IMG/VR virus record: IMGVR_UViG_3300045988_159790
DNA from: a virus
Length of the DNA stretch: 64,000 nucleotides
Strand: one strand, 5' to 3'
The notes below the pieces were generated by a model that searched no databases, had not been told where the DNA came from, and saw nothing but the letters and a program-made list of their open reading frames with translations. Below, piece after piece: positions 46,809 to 56,547 of the stretch (its first letter is position 1; each line of letters begins with the position of its first letter). A program made the translations under genes and the position numbers.

Positions 46809-46880
46809 TGGGGTAGTCGGATTCGAACCGACGCGATGCAGGAATCAAAATCCTGTGCCTTACCACTTGGCGATACCCCA
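46809..46880 (-). tRNA. tRNA-Gln(TTG)
   Basis: RC: GGGGTAT..anticodon arm CAGGA/TTTTGAT/TCCTG, GTCGGTTCGAATCCGAC, TACCCC+A. Confidence 0.7.
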
Positions 46881-46885
46881 AAAAA

Positions 46886-46957
46886 TGTAAACCGAGAGAC
46901 TCGAACTCTCATCTTCTGAACCACAATCAGAGGTCCTAACCCTTGAACGAGGCTTAC
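46886..46957 (-). tRNA. tRNA-His(GTG)
   Basis: RC: anticodon arm TCTGA/TTGTGGT/TCAGA, T-arm GAGAGTTCGAGTCTCTC. Confidence 0.65.
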
Positions 46958-46959
46958 AA

Positions 46960-47033
46960 TTGGGCGTGAGAGATTTGAACTCTCGGTCTCTCCGTCCCAA
47001 GCGGAGCGCGATACCAAACTTCGCTAACGCCCA
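46960..47033 (-). tRNA. tRNA-Pro(TGG)
   Basis: RC: anticodon arm CTCCG/CTTGGGA/CGGAG, T-arm GAGAGTTCAAATCTCTC, acceptor TGGGCGT/ACGCCCA. Confidence 0.7.
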
Positions 47034-47109
47034 AAATAACAAGACATTTTTCTGCTGTTTGCATTTGCTTGAAAGAAATTAATTGTTTGCTGTAAATGTC
47101 TTTTTTATT

Positions 47110-47146
47110 ATATAAATATTATATCATAAAATTTTTTAAAAATCAA
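47110..47146 (-). promoter_or_regulatory. conserved promoter motif copy at head of tRNA cluster 46257-47033
   Basis: tatataaatattatatcataaaattttttaaaaatcaa; -35 overlaps last codons of radical SAM gene. Confidence 0.55.
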
Positions 47147-48068
47147 ATATACTCATATGTCCGCAAAGAGTACATTCTCCAATACGACAATACTGTGGAC
47201 GCTCACTCACTCGATAATTCTTTATTGGTATCATATTATGACAAGGAATTGCCATATTTTTTTCAACATACACATAATCACTATCTCTTGAGCATTTTAA
47301 TCCTCTAGTATCAATAGCAATACCATTTTTACCATACTGTTTTAAAACTTCATTTCTAGTAGGGAAGCGTAATTCTTGACCATCATCAAAACAAACAAGA
47401 TATCTATCTCCTACTTTATAATTTCTAATCTTTTCTCCATGCTTTGAAGTATCTAACAAATCTTCTTCACACATATAATGGCAATTAAGCTCATTACATT
47501 TATCTATAAAAGCTTGAACCTGAGTATTTTGTTCAGTAATGACTGTTTCACATTTAAAATTAGTACCTATTTTCTTATTTATTATATCAGCTTTAGCCAT
47601 AAATGTATCTAAATCTGTATACTCATAATGAAAACTTGCAGTCATAGATAATTTCTTACCATATTTTTCTGCTATACTAATTAAATTTAAAAAATAATCA
47701 ACAGGTTTAGAAAGATTTGTAGTAATATTTACTTTAGTTATTGCAGGACTTGTATATAATTTTTCTAATAAAAGTCCTAAATCTTTGAATAAAGTAATCT
47801 CGCCACCAATTAAGTCAATCTTAACGGGCTTGTTGTTTATAGTATTCAACTCACCCGCTAATCTAACTATATCATCAACCGCATCTAAGCATAAAGAAAA
47901 GTCATATGTAAGATTACTTTCTGATTGAATAAACTCTCTACGAATACAATAGCTACAATGATAATTACAAATATCTGTTAAACGCCATTTTATAACGCAT
48001 GAATTATCTAAGTCAAGTATTCTTCTTATTTTACTCACAACATATCTTCCTTTCTTTATTTTATACAT
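47136..48068 (-). CDS. radical SAM domain protein with C-terminal Cys cluster
   Basis: TDICNYHCSYC (CxxxCxxC) plus C-terminal CRIGECTLCGHM. Confidence 0.65.
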   Translation of the reverse strand: MYKIKKGRYVVSKIRRILDLDNSCVIKWRLTDICNYHCSYCIRREFIQSESNLTYDFSLCLDAVDDIVRLAGELNTINNKPVKIDLIGGEITLFKDLGLLLEKLYTSPAITKVNITTNLSKPVDYFLNLISIAEKYGKKLSMTASFHYEYTDLDTFMAKADIINKKIGTNFKCETVITEQNTQVQAFIDKCNELNCHYMCEEDLLDTSKHGEKIRNYKVGDRYLVCFDDGQELRFPTRNEVLKQYGKNGIAIDTRGLKCSRDSDYVYVEKNMAIPCHNMIPIKNYRVSERPQYCRIGECTLCGHMSIFDF

Positions 48069-48105
48069 ATATTATATCATAAAATTTTTAAGAAATCAAA
48101 ATATT

Positions 48106-51100
48106 TTATCTAAAAATAATCTCAACAACAGAATCAGAATTTTCTTTAATTACCCTATACGCATTTTCAGCAGTTTTCTCACATGTAGTAGCTATTCCAT
48201 TAGCACCAACTGTAACATAACCATTAACCTGAGCTGTACCATCATGACGAACTGGTAAGACACCTAACATACCAACAGCCGCCCATTCTGGTCTATCAAA
48301 TCTTGATTTATACTTTTGTGAACTATCATAATTAGGATTTAAAACAAATCTAGTTCCTTCATATTCACCTTCAACAACTTGATTTTCATATTTTTTAGTT
48401 TCTTTATTTTTAACTCGAATCATTTTTGGAGCTGGCTCTTCTTTTAATCTGCGGAACTCGTCTCTAAGATACATACCATTCCAAACGTCACAGTCTCCGT
48501 TACCTAAGACAAAAGGCGCACCAGAAATAACACCTAAAATATAATCATCATCAGCTTCCGCAATTTTAATTTTATTTCCATCAAGAGTTACAAAATAACC
48601 AACTCTATCTTCTGCATTAGGATTTTCATCAAGCCATTCAAAAAATTCAGCATAATCTGCAGTTGTAGAAGCTGTAATTGTATTTGCAGCTTTTGTTATA
48701 CCAGAGAACTGAACAGAAAAGGCATTTGACCTTACGCTATTATTAGTTCCATTACCTATTAAAAATGCAGTACCAACTTTATTATTTGAAGTACCGCCTG
48801 TAGTCATTCCTGCATTAAAATGTCCCATTGCATAAGAACTTGTATTAGAAGCTTTTGTACTAAAACCGCTAGCATGGGAGTAAGCACCTTCAGCTATAGT
48901 AGTATCACCTTCTGCAAAAGAGCAGTACCCTGAAGCAATTGAACTCAGGCCTGTCGAAAAAGAAAATGCTCCAGAAGCAGCTGTATTACTACCTCCTGCA
49001 TAACTAGTTTGTCCAGAAGCTATTGTTGAACAGCCAGAAGCAAAAGCTGTTGTACCTGAAGCTGTTGTATCACTTCCTTGTGCATGTGACCTAAGTCCAG
49101 AAGCTGTAGTGCAAACACCTTCTGCGTGTGAATAATGTCCTGATGCTGTATTACCACCACCTTCACAATGTGAAGCTGCACCCGAAGCTAATGAATATGT
49201 ATAAGTTCTATTGAAGCTCGCAGCAATCCAAATTTTTTTAAGATTTTTATTTAAAAGAGATTTTAAGATACGCTCATCTGTAAAACTAGGATTTCCAAAA
49301 TATAGTGCTGGCTTATTAATTACACTTGGAATTGTAACTTGCTTTATCTGAGAAGGGGTAAACTGATAAAATTCATCCACACTAAGAGGGTTATCAAATA
49401 AATGAACTACATTTCCGCCATTATCAATACTTTCTTGAACAGCATCTGGTAAGCAATTCAAAGATGATGATTCATTTGTATAATACATATAATATTTTAC
49501 ATTTGGTAATCCAGTTGTAGTTCTTACAGTACTTAATTGACTTGTTGGTATTTCTTTTATCGTAACATCAACCTCTGTATAACAATCATCTCCTTGACCC
49601 ATATATCCAACAGCATAAGTACCTTCAACATGTGAGCCTACACCTGTAGCTTTTCCGGTAAGACCTTCAGAATAAGAACAGAATCTTGTTGCCTGAGTAC
49701 CACAACCAGAAGCATGAGACATTTGTCCAGAAGCTAGCGTATAATTACCTTCAGCATGAGAGCAGAATCCAGTAGCTTCAGTTGCATTTCCTTCAGAGTG
49801 AGAAGCTTCTCCGGATGCAGTTCCACTTAAACCTTCAGCATGCGAATATTGTCCTAATGCACTACTATAATTACCTTCTGCATGTGAAACTTTTCCAGAA
49901 GCTGTCGTATTACTTCCTTCAGCAGTTGCATATTGTCCTATTGTAGAACCTGCTTTTGCACCAGCTGTTACTCTTCCGCTGGTAATAGTATCTGTTAAAG
50001 CAATAGTGGTATTACCACCTTGATTCATAGTAAATGAACCTTTAGTAGCACCATTTTGTGTAATAGTAACAGTACCATTACCTACTGATGGGATAGTAGG
50101 TTTATTAGTTAAGTTGTTATATGAATGTGTATGATTAGCTACTGCAAAATCTTCTTTATTAGCTGTTGCTGCTGTACCAAATGCACCTTTATTACAATAT
50201 GCTAAATTAGAAGCAGTATTACTATATGCACCATTCCAATAAGCTATAAATGTCATATCTGGAACATAAGCTCCATCAGTTGTAGCATCTTTCCAACCAG
50301 AAGCTGCAGTAGCATTTAATCCTCTTGTTGTTTTAGAAGCTGCATTACCCAAAGCAGGTTTTCCACTAACATTAGACCAGGCAACTGAATTAGCACTACC
50401 TGCAGTTGCAGCATGCTTGACACTTTTATCTGCATCAGCAGTATTGTCTACTTTTCCAAGACCCACTTCTGATTTAGAATATGTTGGTTTAGTACTAGCT
50501 TTTGCCCAAGCATACACATCCGAAGCAGGCATACTTGTAGGAAAATCTGTAATCTGAGATTTTGTATGAGTATGACTACTTGGAGTATATGTACTAGGTT
50601 TACCTGTAACACCACTCCAAGGTACGCTTGTTGCACTATCAGCAGTATAAGGTTCATAACCAGCTTCGGATGAAAGTTTCGTTTCATCTACAACAATATA
50701 CATCTTCTTTGTACTTGTTACCTTAACACTATCGCCTAGCTGCACATCCTTTGTTGTCAACTTAAATCTTGCAGTATCATCGGCAACCTTAATAAGTCTA
50801 TCTAAAGCTCCTTGCGGAAGTCTATCAATATCAATTGTACCGCTTGTAATTTTACTTGCATCAAGTGATGTAATATCTCCATTACCATGAGTATGTGAAG
50901 CATTTGCATATGAACCAGCTACTTGCGCACCAATATTTACTCTTGCGTTTGTCTTTTCAGTATCAGTTAATCCCTGAGACCCAACAGTAGACACAGCTTT
51001 AAAATTCCCAACATTACCAAGTCCAATTTCACTTGCAGTATATGTAGGTTTTGTTTTCTGTTTTGCCCAACTAGGTACATCACTTGCTGGCATACTTGTG

Positions 51101-51333
51101 GGTTTATTTTTTATTGCAGCATCACCACTTGTTGCATTCCAATCTGGTTGAGGTCTCCAAGTATCAGTATCAGTAAATTTTGCATTAGCAGGAACATCTA
51201 TATTAACAGTATGATTGTTAACTTTCGTTGCATTATCTGCGGAAGCCGCTGATGCAACTTTAGCCTTGCTAATATACTCTTTTAACTTGGTAGTATATTT
51301 AGTTAGACCAATTTTAGTTAAATATTTACTCAT
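48106..51333 (-). CDS. tail fibre / receptor-binding protein
   Basis: 1075 aa; duplicated KPTSMPASDV..AKQKTKPTY..SE(I/V)GLG(N/K)V(G/D)N tail-fibre repeat; long tracts of SHAEG/SGxxSHAxG beta-helix repeats. Confidence 0.7.
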   Translation of the reverse strand: MSKYLTKIGLTKYTTKLKEYISKAKVASAASADNATKVNNHTVNIDVPANAKFTDTDTWRPQPDWNATSGDAAIKNKPTSMPASDVPSWAKQKTKPTYTASEIGLGNVGNFKAVSTVGSQGLTDTEKTNARVNIGAQVAGSYANASHTHGNGDITSLDASKITSGTIDIDRLPQGALDRLIKVADDTARFKLTTKDVQLGDSVKVTSTKKMYIVVDETKLSSEAGYEPYTADSATSVPWSGVTGKPSTYTPSSHTHTKSQITDFPTSMPASDVYAWAKASTKPTYSKSEVGLGKVDNTADADKSVKHAATAGSANSVAWSNVSGKPALGNAASKTTRGLNATAASGWKDATTDGAYVPDMTFIAYWNGAYSNTASNLAYCNKGAFGTAATANKEDFAVANHTHSYNNLTNKPTIPSVGNGTVTITQNGATKGSFTMNQGGNTTIALTDTITSGRVTAGAKAGSTIGQYATAEGSNTTASGKVSHAEGNYSSALGQYSHAEGLSGTASGEASHSEGNATEATGFCSHAEGNYTLASGQMSHASGCGTQATRFCSYSEGLTGKATGVGSHVEGTYAVGYMGQGDDCYTEVDVTIKEIPTSQLSTVRTTTGLPNVKYYMYYTNESSSLNCLPDAVQESIDNGGNVVHLFDNPLSVDEFYQFTPSQIKQVTIPSVINKPALYFGNPSFTDERILKSLLNKNLKKIWIAASFNRTYTYSLASGAASHCEGGGNTASGHYSHAEGVCTTASGLRSHAQGSDTTASGTTAFASGCSTIASGQTSYAGGSNTAASGAFSFSTGLSSIASGYCSFAEGDTTIAEGAYSHASGFSTKASNTSSYAMGHFNAGMTTGGTSNNKVGTAFLIGNGTNNSVRSNAFSVQFSGITKAANTITASTTADYAEFFEWLDENPNAEDRVGYFVTLDGNKIKIAEADDDYILGVISGAPFVLGNGDCDVWNGMYLRDEFRRLKEEPAPKMIRVKNKETKKYENQVVEGEYEGTRFVLNPNYDSSQKYKSRFDRPEWAAVGMLGVLPVRHDGTAQVNGYVTVGANGIATTCEKTAENAYRVIKENSDSVVEIIFR

Positions 51334-51361
51334 TTTATTCTCCTTCCTATATAAATAAAAA

Positions 51362-51385
51362 AGAACGAGAATTACTTCTCGTTCT
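51362..51385 (-). terminator. rho-independent terminator upstream of tail fibre gene
   Basis: agaacgagaa ttac ttctcgttct. Confidence 0.55.
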
Positions 51386-51983
51386 TTTCATCTACTGTAT
51401 AAACATAACCTTCATCACCTAATACGCCAGACTTCTTATCTAAATCAATAACCCATTTAGGTAATTTTTCTCTAAGTGTATCAAATTCTTCTTTTCCGTT
51501 ATAAGGCTCTGTTTTTACTTTATTCATAAATTCAAAAAATGTAATCTCTGGAATTATGTTTATCATATCCTGAGCCATTCCCGCATATTGAGCAGTATAC
51601 ATAGTTTTTAAAATTTCTTCATCAATCTGATTTTCAATTTCTTTATAGCAACTATGATAAAATCTTTTTGCATTAAAAAGATTCTGTTCTGCAAACATTG
51701 GTTTTTCATTTAAACATTTAATATAGCTAAAGTAATGAGAAACCATCTGCTCAACTGTAAATCGAGTAATTCCTCCATTAAAAGGATTTTTCTTTTTACA
51801 AAATTTAATTGCATTAATTGCCGCAGCGGTTGAACCGACAAGACATAAATCCCAATTGTATAATGGAATTCCGCCATTTTCTTCCATACCTATTCTTGTA
51901 ATAGAGTGTTCTGAACCAGTCCTCCAAAGATAGATAGGGTCTTCAATACGATTTATCATTAATGGAGAACCTTCTATACTCAT
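51372..51983 (-). CDS. hypothetical protein; possible downstream exon of split glycosyltransferase
   Basis: Reading frame stays open upstream of the annotated ATG into the structured region (..NWEIRMSIEG..); lies directly after intron-like element. Confidence 0.35.
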   Translation of the reverse strand: MSIEGSPLMINRIEDPIYLWRTGSEHSITRIGMEENGGIPLYNWDLCLVGSTAAAINAIKFCKKKNPFNGGITRFTVEQMVSHYFSYIKCLNEKPMFAEQNLFNAKRFYHSCYKEIENQIDEEILKTMYTAQYAGMAQDMINIIPEITFFEFMNKVKTEPYNGKEEFDTLREKLPKWVIDLDKKSGVLGDEGYVYTVDEKNEK

Positions 51984-53093
51984 TCGTATTTCCCAGTTGA
52001 ATTGTCCGTCTTCCCGATATATTCAGTATAGTTCGCTAAGCTATACCCGTTCTCTTATGAACTGCTAAATATCTCTATCTAGTCTAGACTATATCACCAA
52101 CTTTTAAAAAGTTGTCTGCCATTTCGGATTGCTTAATCCTACTCCTCCGCCGAGGATAGTCGTTGAACCTTCTTAACTAATAATAATTAAATATAAATAA
52201 AATGATAGCCACCTGTTGTTTTTCTTTTCCCATTACATACAGCCGAGATTAATCTAAAATTTAATCCCATTTGTCGACCTGCTTCATGCGCACTATCAAA
52301 AATAACATTTGTTTCAAGACATTTAACTTGTTTTGACTGTCCATGATTTTCTATAGGCTTGTAATCTATTTTTCCTTTTTCATTATACTCATCAAGATAC
52401 ATAAAATGATGACCTTTGATTTGACCTTGTAAGTGATTACAAACTCTAGACAAATCACCTTGACTAATTCCTAATTGATTAGCACATTCCATACAACCAT
52501 CATAAATTTTTAAAGTGTCAGTATCAATAATTTTTCGTTTTTGACCATTGAGAATTGGAGACCCTCCTCCTTTTATATTATAACCTTTAAGAGGGTCACA
52601 ACTATTATATAAAGAAATATAATAGATTTCATATTGATTTAATTCTTCTCTTTTACATTCTTTTAAAATTTCCCATGAAAAATTTTCAACACCTGTCTCA
52701 CTAATTTCTTTATCAAGGACTCCATGATAATGTTTTTCATTACTATAGTTTTTAAAAAAATGGTCTTTTATTCGAGATTCAATATTAATACTTTGACCAA
52801 TATAAACTTTATTATTTATATTATTAGTAATTTTATAAATACCTATCATTTTATTATTTAATAACTCCTTTTTATTAAAATTAGATAGCTATTATTTTAT
52901 ATTTTATTATTATTGTTAAGCTTGGCTGCTGATTGCCCATTGTCTTATAATATTTTAGGATTACTCCATAATACATCTCTTAACTTATTTCTGCTTTCGC
53001 CCTATTATATTTTATATAATAGTATAAGAGCTTTAGGGGTTTCCAGCAATTAAACAGATTTTTCATTACCCTTCATAAGGTAAAGCCACTGAA
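51984..53093 (-). mobile_element. putative group I intron with GIY-YIG homing endonuclease ORF inserted after GT2 glycosyltransferase domain
   Basis: GIY-YIG ORF flanked by GC-richer structured segments 51984-52186 and 52850-53093, analogous to the topo II intron. Confidence 0.45.
52187..52849 (-). CDS. GIY-YIG homing endonuclease
   Basis: MIGIYKITNNINNKVYIGQSINIESRIKDHF canonical GIY-YIG N-terminus. Confidence 0.8.
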   Translation of the reverse strand: MIGIYKITNNINNKVYIGQSINIESRIKDHFFKNYSNEKHYHGVLDKEISETGVENFSWEILKECKREELNQYEIYYISLYNSCDPLKGYNIKGGGSPILNGQKRKIIDTDTLKIYDGCMECANQLGISQGDLSRVCNHLQGQIKGHHFMYLDEYNEKGKIDYKPIENHGQSKQVKCLETNVIFDSAHEAGRQMGLNFRLISAVCNGKRKTTGGYHFIYI

Positions 53094-53651
53094 TTAGTTA
53101 ATGGCGCGCAATTCAGAAAACTTAATTCCAGCTTCTCTAAGGAATGAAACTCGATATAAACGACCAAATACCCAAGGATGTGTAACATCATTACGCGGCA
53201 TCATTCTTGGAGGTACTCCTTGCCCCATCTGAATTAATTGTTGTTTTTCTGCAACACTCATCTTACCTTGTTCTATCTCTTGGAAGAATGGACCTTGTAC
53301 TTCAATACAATTTGGAGTTGTATTATCTAATAGACTTTCAATAGAAAATGGTGAAATAAAAATATCATCAGCATCTATAAAAGTTATCCATTCCGCAGTA
53401 CAAGCATCTAATGCTCTTTGTCTTGCAATACCAGGACCCGCATTTTTATCACAGTTTACTGTAATAATTTCTAAATCTGGATATAATGTTTTTAAAAAAT
53501 CATATTTTCCATTATCTGCGGGGTCGTCATTAGCAATAATAACCTGGCATCTAGTCTTATAACTCTGTATCTGAATAGATGCCAAAGTATCTTTTATTGT
53601 TTCTATTGCATGAAAAGCAGGAATTCCAATAGCTACATCTTTCTTACTCAT
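53094..53651 (-). CDS. family 2 glycosyltransferase (GT-A fold), possibly exon 1 of split gene
   Basis: IGIPAFHAIETIKDTLASI..., DDPADNG, DXD motif ITFIDADDIF; only 185 aa, shorter than a complete GT-A domain. Confidence 0.6.
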   Translation of the reverse strand: MSKKDVAIGIPAFHAIETIKDTLASIQIQSYKTRCQVIIANDDPADNGKYDFLKTLYPDLEIITVNCDKNAGPGIARQRALDACTAEWITFIDADDIFISPFSIESLLDNTTPNCIEVQGPFFQEIEQGKMSVAEKQQLIQMGQGVPPRMMPRNDVTHPWVFGRLYRVSFLREAGIKFSELRAIN

Positions 53652-53703
53652 TGCAATAATCTCCTTTTATCTCTTTTATTCAATTATATCATATTTTTTA
53701 GAA

Positions 53704-54927
53704 TTATGCAAACATTGCTGCAATTTCTGCATCTGTAATAGGAGTAAGCTCTTCTGCAGTTTCATCAACTACAATAGTGATTGTAGTATCATCAATCTTA
53801 CCTGCAGCTTTGGCTGCAGCTATCTCTGACTCTGTTCCCATAAATACACGAGAATCAATATATGCTTTAACTGTTGATGCTTTTGCATTAACTTTATAAT
53901 CCGTTCCAAGAACAGAAGTTAAAAATGCTTCATCAATAGCAACATCCGCGTATGTAGGTGTTACACTCTCACTTGAAGCTACTGTACAAATATATAATTT
54001 ATTTCCGCTTAAATATACTTCACCAACTTTAGCTGTTGTTGGAAGTGTAGCAATAGTTCCTTTAAATACAAGAGATTCACCAGTTGCAGCAATGCTATCT
54101 AATACTTCTTGTGATAACATAGCTTTTGTGATTGCTGCATTATCAATAGTTGCAGAAATCTTATTATTAGAACCAACAACTACTTTAATAATATTGTTAT
54201 CAGTACCTTCATAAACATCAACTAAATCTTTAACATATATATAAATTTTTTGATTATCGGCAGTTCCCTCTTGAACATTGATAATTAATTCAATATATTT
54301 TCCAAGTTTATCATCTGTTACACCGTCTGGTAATGCAAGAATATTCTCACCATCTTGATAGTATAATTCTCCAATTTTAGTAAAATCAGTTATTTTACCT
54401 GATTTAACTAAGAAATCTTTAGGAATATCAACTTTACCAATTTCTGCGCCATTCTGTGTAAAAGTATATGTCTTTAAAGCACCTTCTGTTGTAGTGCTAG
54501 TTGTGATAGATACTGTTGCATGCTCTTTAATTAAATTCTTAATAGAACCTTCAACACTATCTTCACCTTCAAGTTTAGTAATTTCTTTTTGTAAATTATC
54601 AATATCTGTAGTAATAGAAGTAATATCTACTGATATTTTATCTGTTTTATCTTCATCAAAAAATAAATCAATATAAACCTTATCAACATCTTCTCTAAGT
54701 TCACCAGATTTTAATACTTTACTAAAAGGAATATTAATTTTAGATGCCGTTCCTGTAGGTGCACCTAAATCATTAACACCTTGATAAATTTCATAAGTTG
54801 CGGCATAGCCAGTCTCAGGTGTCTCTGCAGCTTTGATATAAACTTTATTATATTTTTTAATCGCTGCGTCATAAGCTACAAGACCTTCTTTGTCTAAATA
54901 TTTAGCCATTAATTTATCTCCTCTCAT
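53704..54927 (-). CDS. putative virion structural/fibre protein
   Basis: 407 aa, Thr/Ser/Val-rich beta-type composition, N-terminal AKYLDKEGL, adjacent to tail fibre. Confidence 0.4.
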   Translation of the reverse strand: MRGDKLMAKYLDKEGLVAYDAAIKKYNKVYIKAAETPETGYAATYEIYQGVNDLGAPTGTASKINIPFSKVLKSGELREDVDKVYIDLFFDEDKTDKISVDITSITTDIDNLQKEITKLEGEDSVEGSIKNLIKEHATVSITTSTTTEGALKTYTFTQNGAEIGKVDIPKDFLVKSGKITDFTKIGELYYQDGENILALPDGVTDDKLGKYIELIINVQEGTADNQKIYIYVKDLVDVYEGTDNNIIKVVVGSNNKISATIDNAAITKAMLSQEVLDSIAATGESLVFKGTIATLPTTAKVGEVYLSGNKLYICTVASSESVTPTYADVAIDEAFLTSVLGTDYKVNAKASTVKAYIDSRVFMGTESEIAAAKAAGKIDDTTITIVVDETAEELTPITDAEIAAMFA

Positions 54928-55430
54928 TAAATAAATAATTCATCAATATCTTCTTTAGTAATTAAACTTCTATTGATTATATCCTGAACAACTTCCGTAT
55001 CTATACTCTCTTGGATATAATCTTTTGATATTAAATTCTTAATATAATCATCAGATATATGAATTTTACCATTATCTTCTATTAAAATAGAATTGTTATC
55101 AATTATAATTGCACCAAGCTTATCTTCTGTCGCAATAGGAAGTATATTTGCTATTTCTTTTTTTAACTCATCTTTAGTATAATAATTATCTAAATTAAGT
55201 TCAGTACTTCCTACTAAAACCCAATTACTATCAACATACATATATTGATTGTAAGAAGTTTTTTCTGCAGAAGCCGGTACAAAATAAATTGTTTTTTCTT
55301 TTATATCAACTGTTGGTAATGAATCAACGAATTGAATATCTAATGCACCCACTTTAGAAAAAAGGTAGTCTGCATATTGCTTACTAGCTTTTTTAGCAAG
55401 CGCATAAGTGACAGCAGAAAATCCGCTCAT
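54927..55430 (-). CDS. putative virion structural protein
   Basis: 167 aa, translationally coupled (start overlaps stop of upstream gene). Confidence 0.35.
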   Translation of the reverse strand: MSGFSAVTYALAKKASKQYADYLFSKVGALDIQFVDSLPTVDIKEKTIYFVPASAEKTSYNQYMYVDSNWVLVGSTELNLDNYYTKDELKKEIANILPIATEDKLGAIIIDNNSILIEDNGKIHISDDYIKNLISKDYIQESIDTEVVQDIINRSLITKEDIDELFI

Positions 55431-55449
55431 TTTAGATTACCTCCTTTTA

Positions 55450-55638
55450 TTAAAGTTCATGCCAGATTCCATCTCCGCCAAGCATCCAAACAGAAGAATC
55501 TTCTAAGCAAACACAAGTACTACCTGCAATAGCGCCTTTACAAGTTTCATGTAATGTATCAATATCTGATAAGCTTGTTGCTACAGCTTCTATTACATAA
55601 GCTTCTACTTCGCCTCTCTGTGCTGTAATATCAACCAT
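55450..55638 (-). CDS. small hypothetical protein
   Basis: 62 aa. Confidence 0.25.
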   Translation of the reverse strand: MVDITAQRGEVEAYVIEAVATSLSDIDTLHETCKGAIAGSTCVCLEDSSVWMLGGDGIWHEL

Positions 55639-55724
55639 TAAAAATTCTCCTTTCTTATTATTATTTCCTATTTATTTTTAACTTTTATAAATTGTAAATT
55701 TAACATTTTTGACCAATAAAAAAT

Positions 55725-55756
55725 AAGCCCATGAAGAAAAAGAACTTCATGGGCTT
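55725..55756 (-). terminator. rho-independent terminator
   Basis: aagcccatgaag ... cttcatgggctt 12-bp stem. Confidence 0.55.
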
Positions 55757-55760
55757 ATAA

Positions 55761-56090
55761 TTAATTTTCTTTATTTTCATCTATATATTTTTTATATTGT
55801 TTAATCATTTGAATAAACTTATCATATCCAAACATTGCAATATAAGCTTCTGCAATACATAATACTATAATACCAATTACAATAACTGGTGTAATTGTAA
55901 TTTTTGCATAACAAATATATGCGATTGCCGCAAGAACTGTAATAACAATAGATGTACAAATAGCTAAGATGTTGTTAGGAAAATCATTACAAATTTTCTT
56001 TTCAACTTCTACAGCTAAACTTGTAACAAAAGCAATAATAACAATTGCAATTAATAATTGGGCAAGTGTTGTTGTTGTCATAATATTCAC
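55761..56090 (-). CDS. holin-like small membrane protein
   Basis: 109 aa, three predicted TM helices, charged C-terminus, upstream of second membrane protein and endolysin. Confidence 0.45.
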   Translation of the reverse strand: MNIMTTTTLAQLLIAIVIIAFVTSLAVEVEKKICNDFPNNILAICTSIVITVLAAIAYICYAKITITPVIVIGIIVLCIAEAYIAMFGYDKFIQMIKQYKKYIDENKEN

Positions 56091-56095
56091 ACTCC

Positions 56096-56536
56096 TTAAA
56101 TTTTAGAAGAAGGTGTTTCTGCGATAGCTGTTTTATTCATCAGATTTAACTGCTCTTCATAAGGTTGAGTTGCATTCGCAGCATCCTTCTTAATTTCTAT
56201 TGTGTCATAAATTTTATATTCTGGATAAGCTTTTTGAATATCTATCATTCTATAAATGTTATAAACCATAACATTTGCAAGATATTCAGCTTTTGCTTTA
56301 ATAGAATAAGTAGTCTGCGCGATTGCGCAAAGACTTAATATAGGTATTAAAACTTCTAATCCATAATATTGAATTACTTGATAATTATATTCCCCTTCCG
56401 CAATCATAGGCGTAAGCATTAAAGTAAATAACCAAGTAAAATAAGTTAAAAAAGCATAAGGGAGAAAGAGAATTATCTTGCTAACAGTAATTCTCTTTTC
56501 TCTTGATGTAAAAAATTTTTTAATAGATTGGAACAT
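56096..56536 (-). CDS. membrane protein (two TM helices), possible holin/antiholin partner
   Basis: ILFLPYAFLTYFTWLFTLMLTPMI and LEVLIPILSLCAIA. Confidence 0.4.
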   Translation of the reverse strand: MFQSIKKFFTSREKRITVSKIILFLPYAFLTYFTWLFTLMLTPMIAEGEYNYQVIQYYGLEVLIPILSLCAIAQTTYSIKAKAEYLANVMVYNIYRMIDIQKAYPEYKIYDTIEIKKDAANATQPYEEQLNLMNKTAIAETPSSKI

Positions 56537-56547
56537 TTAGCGCCTCC

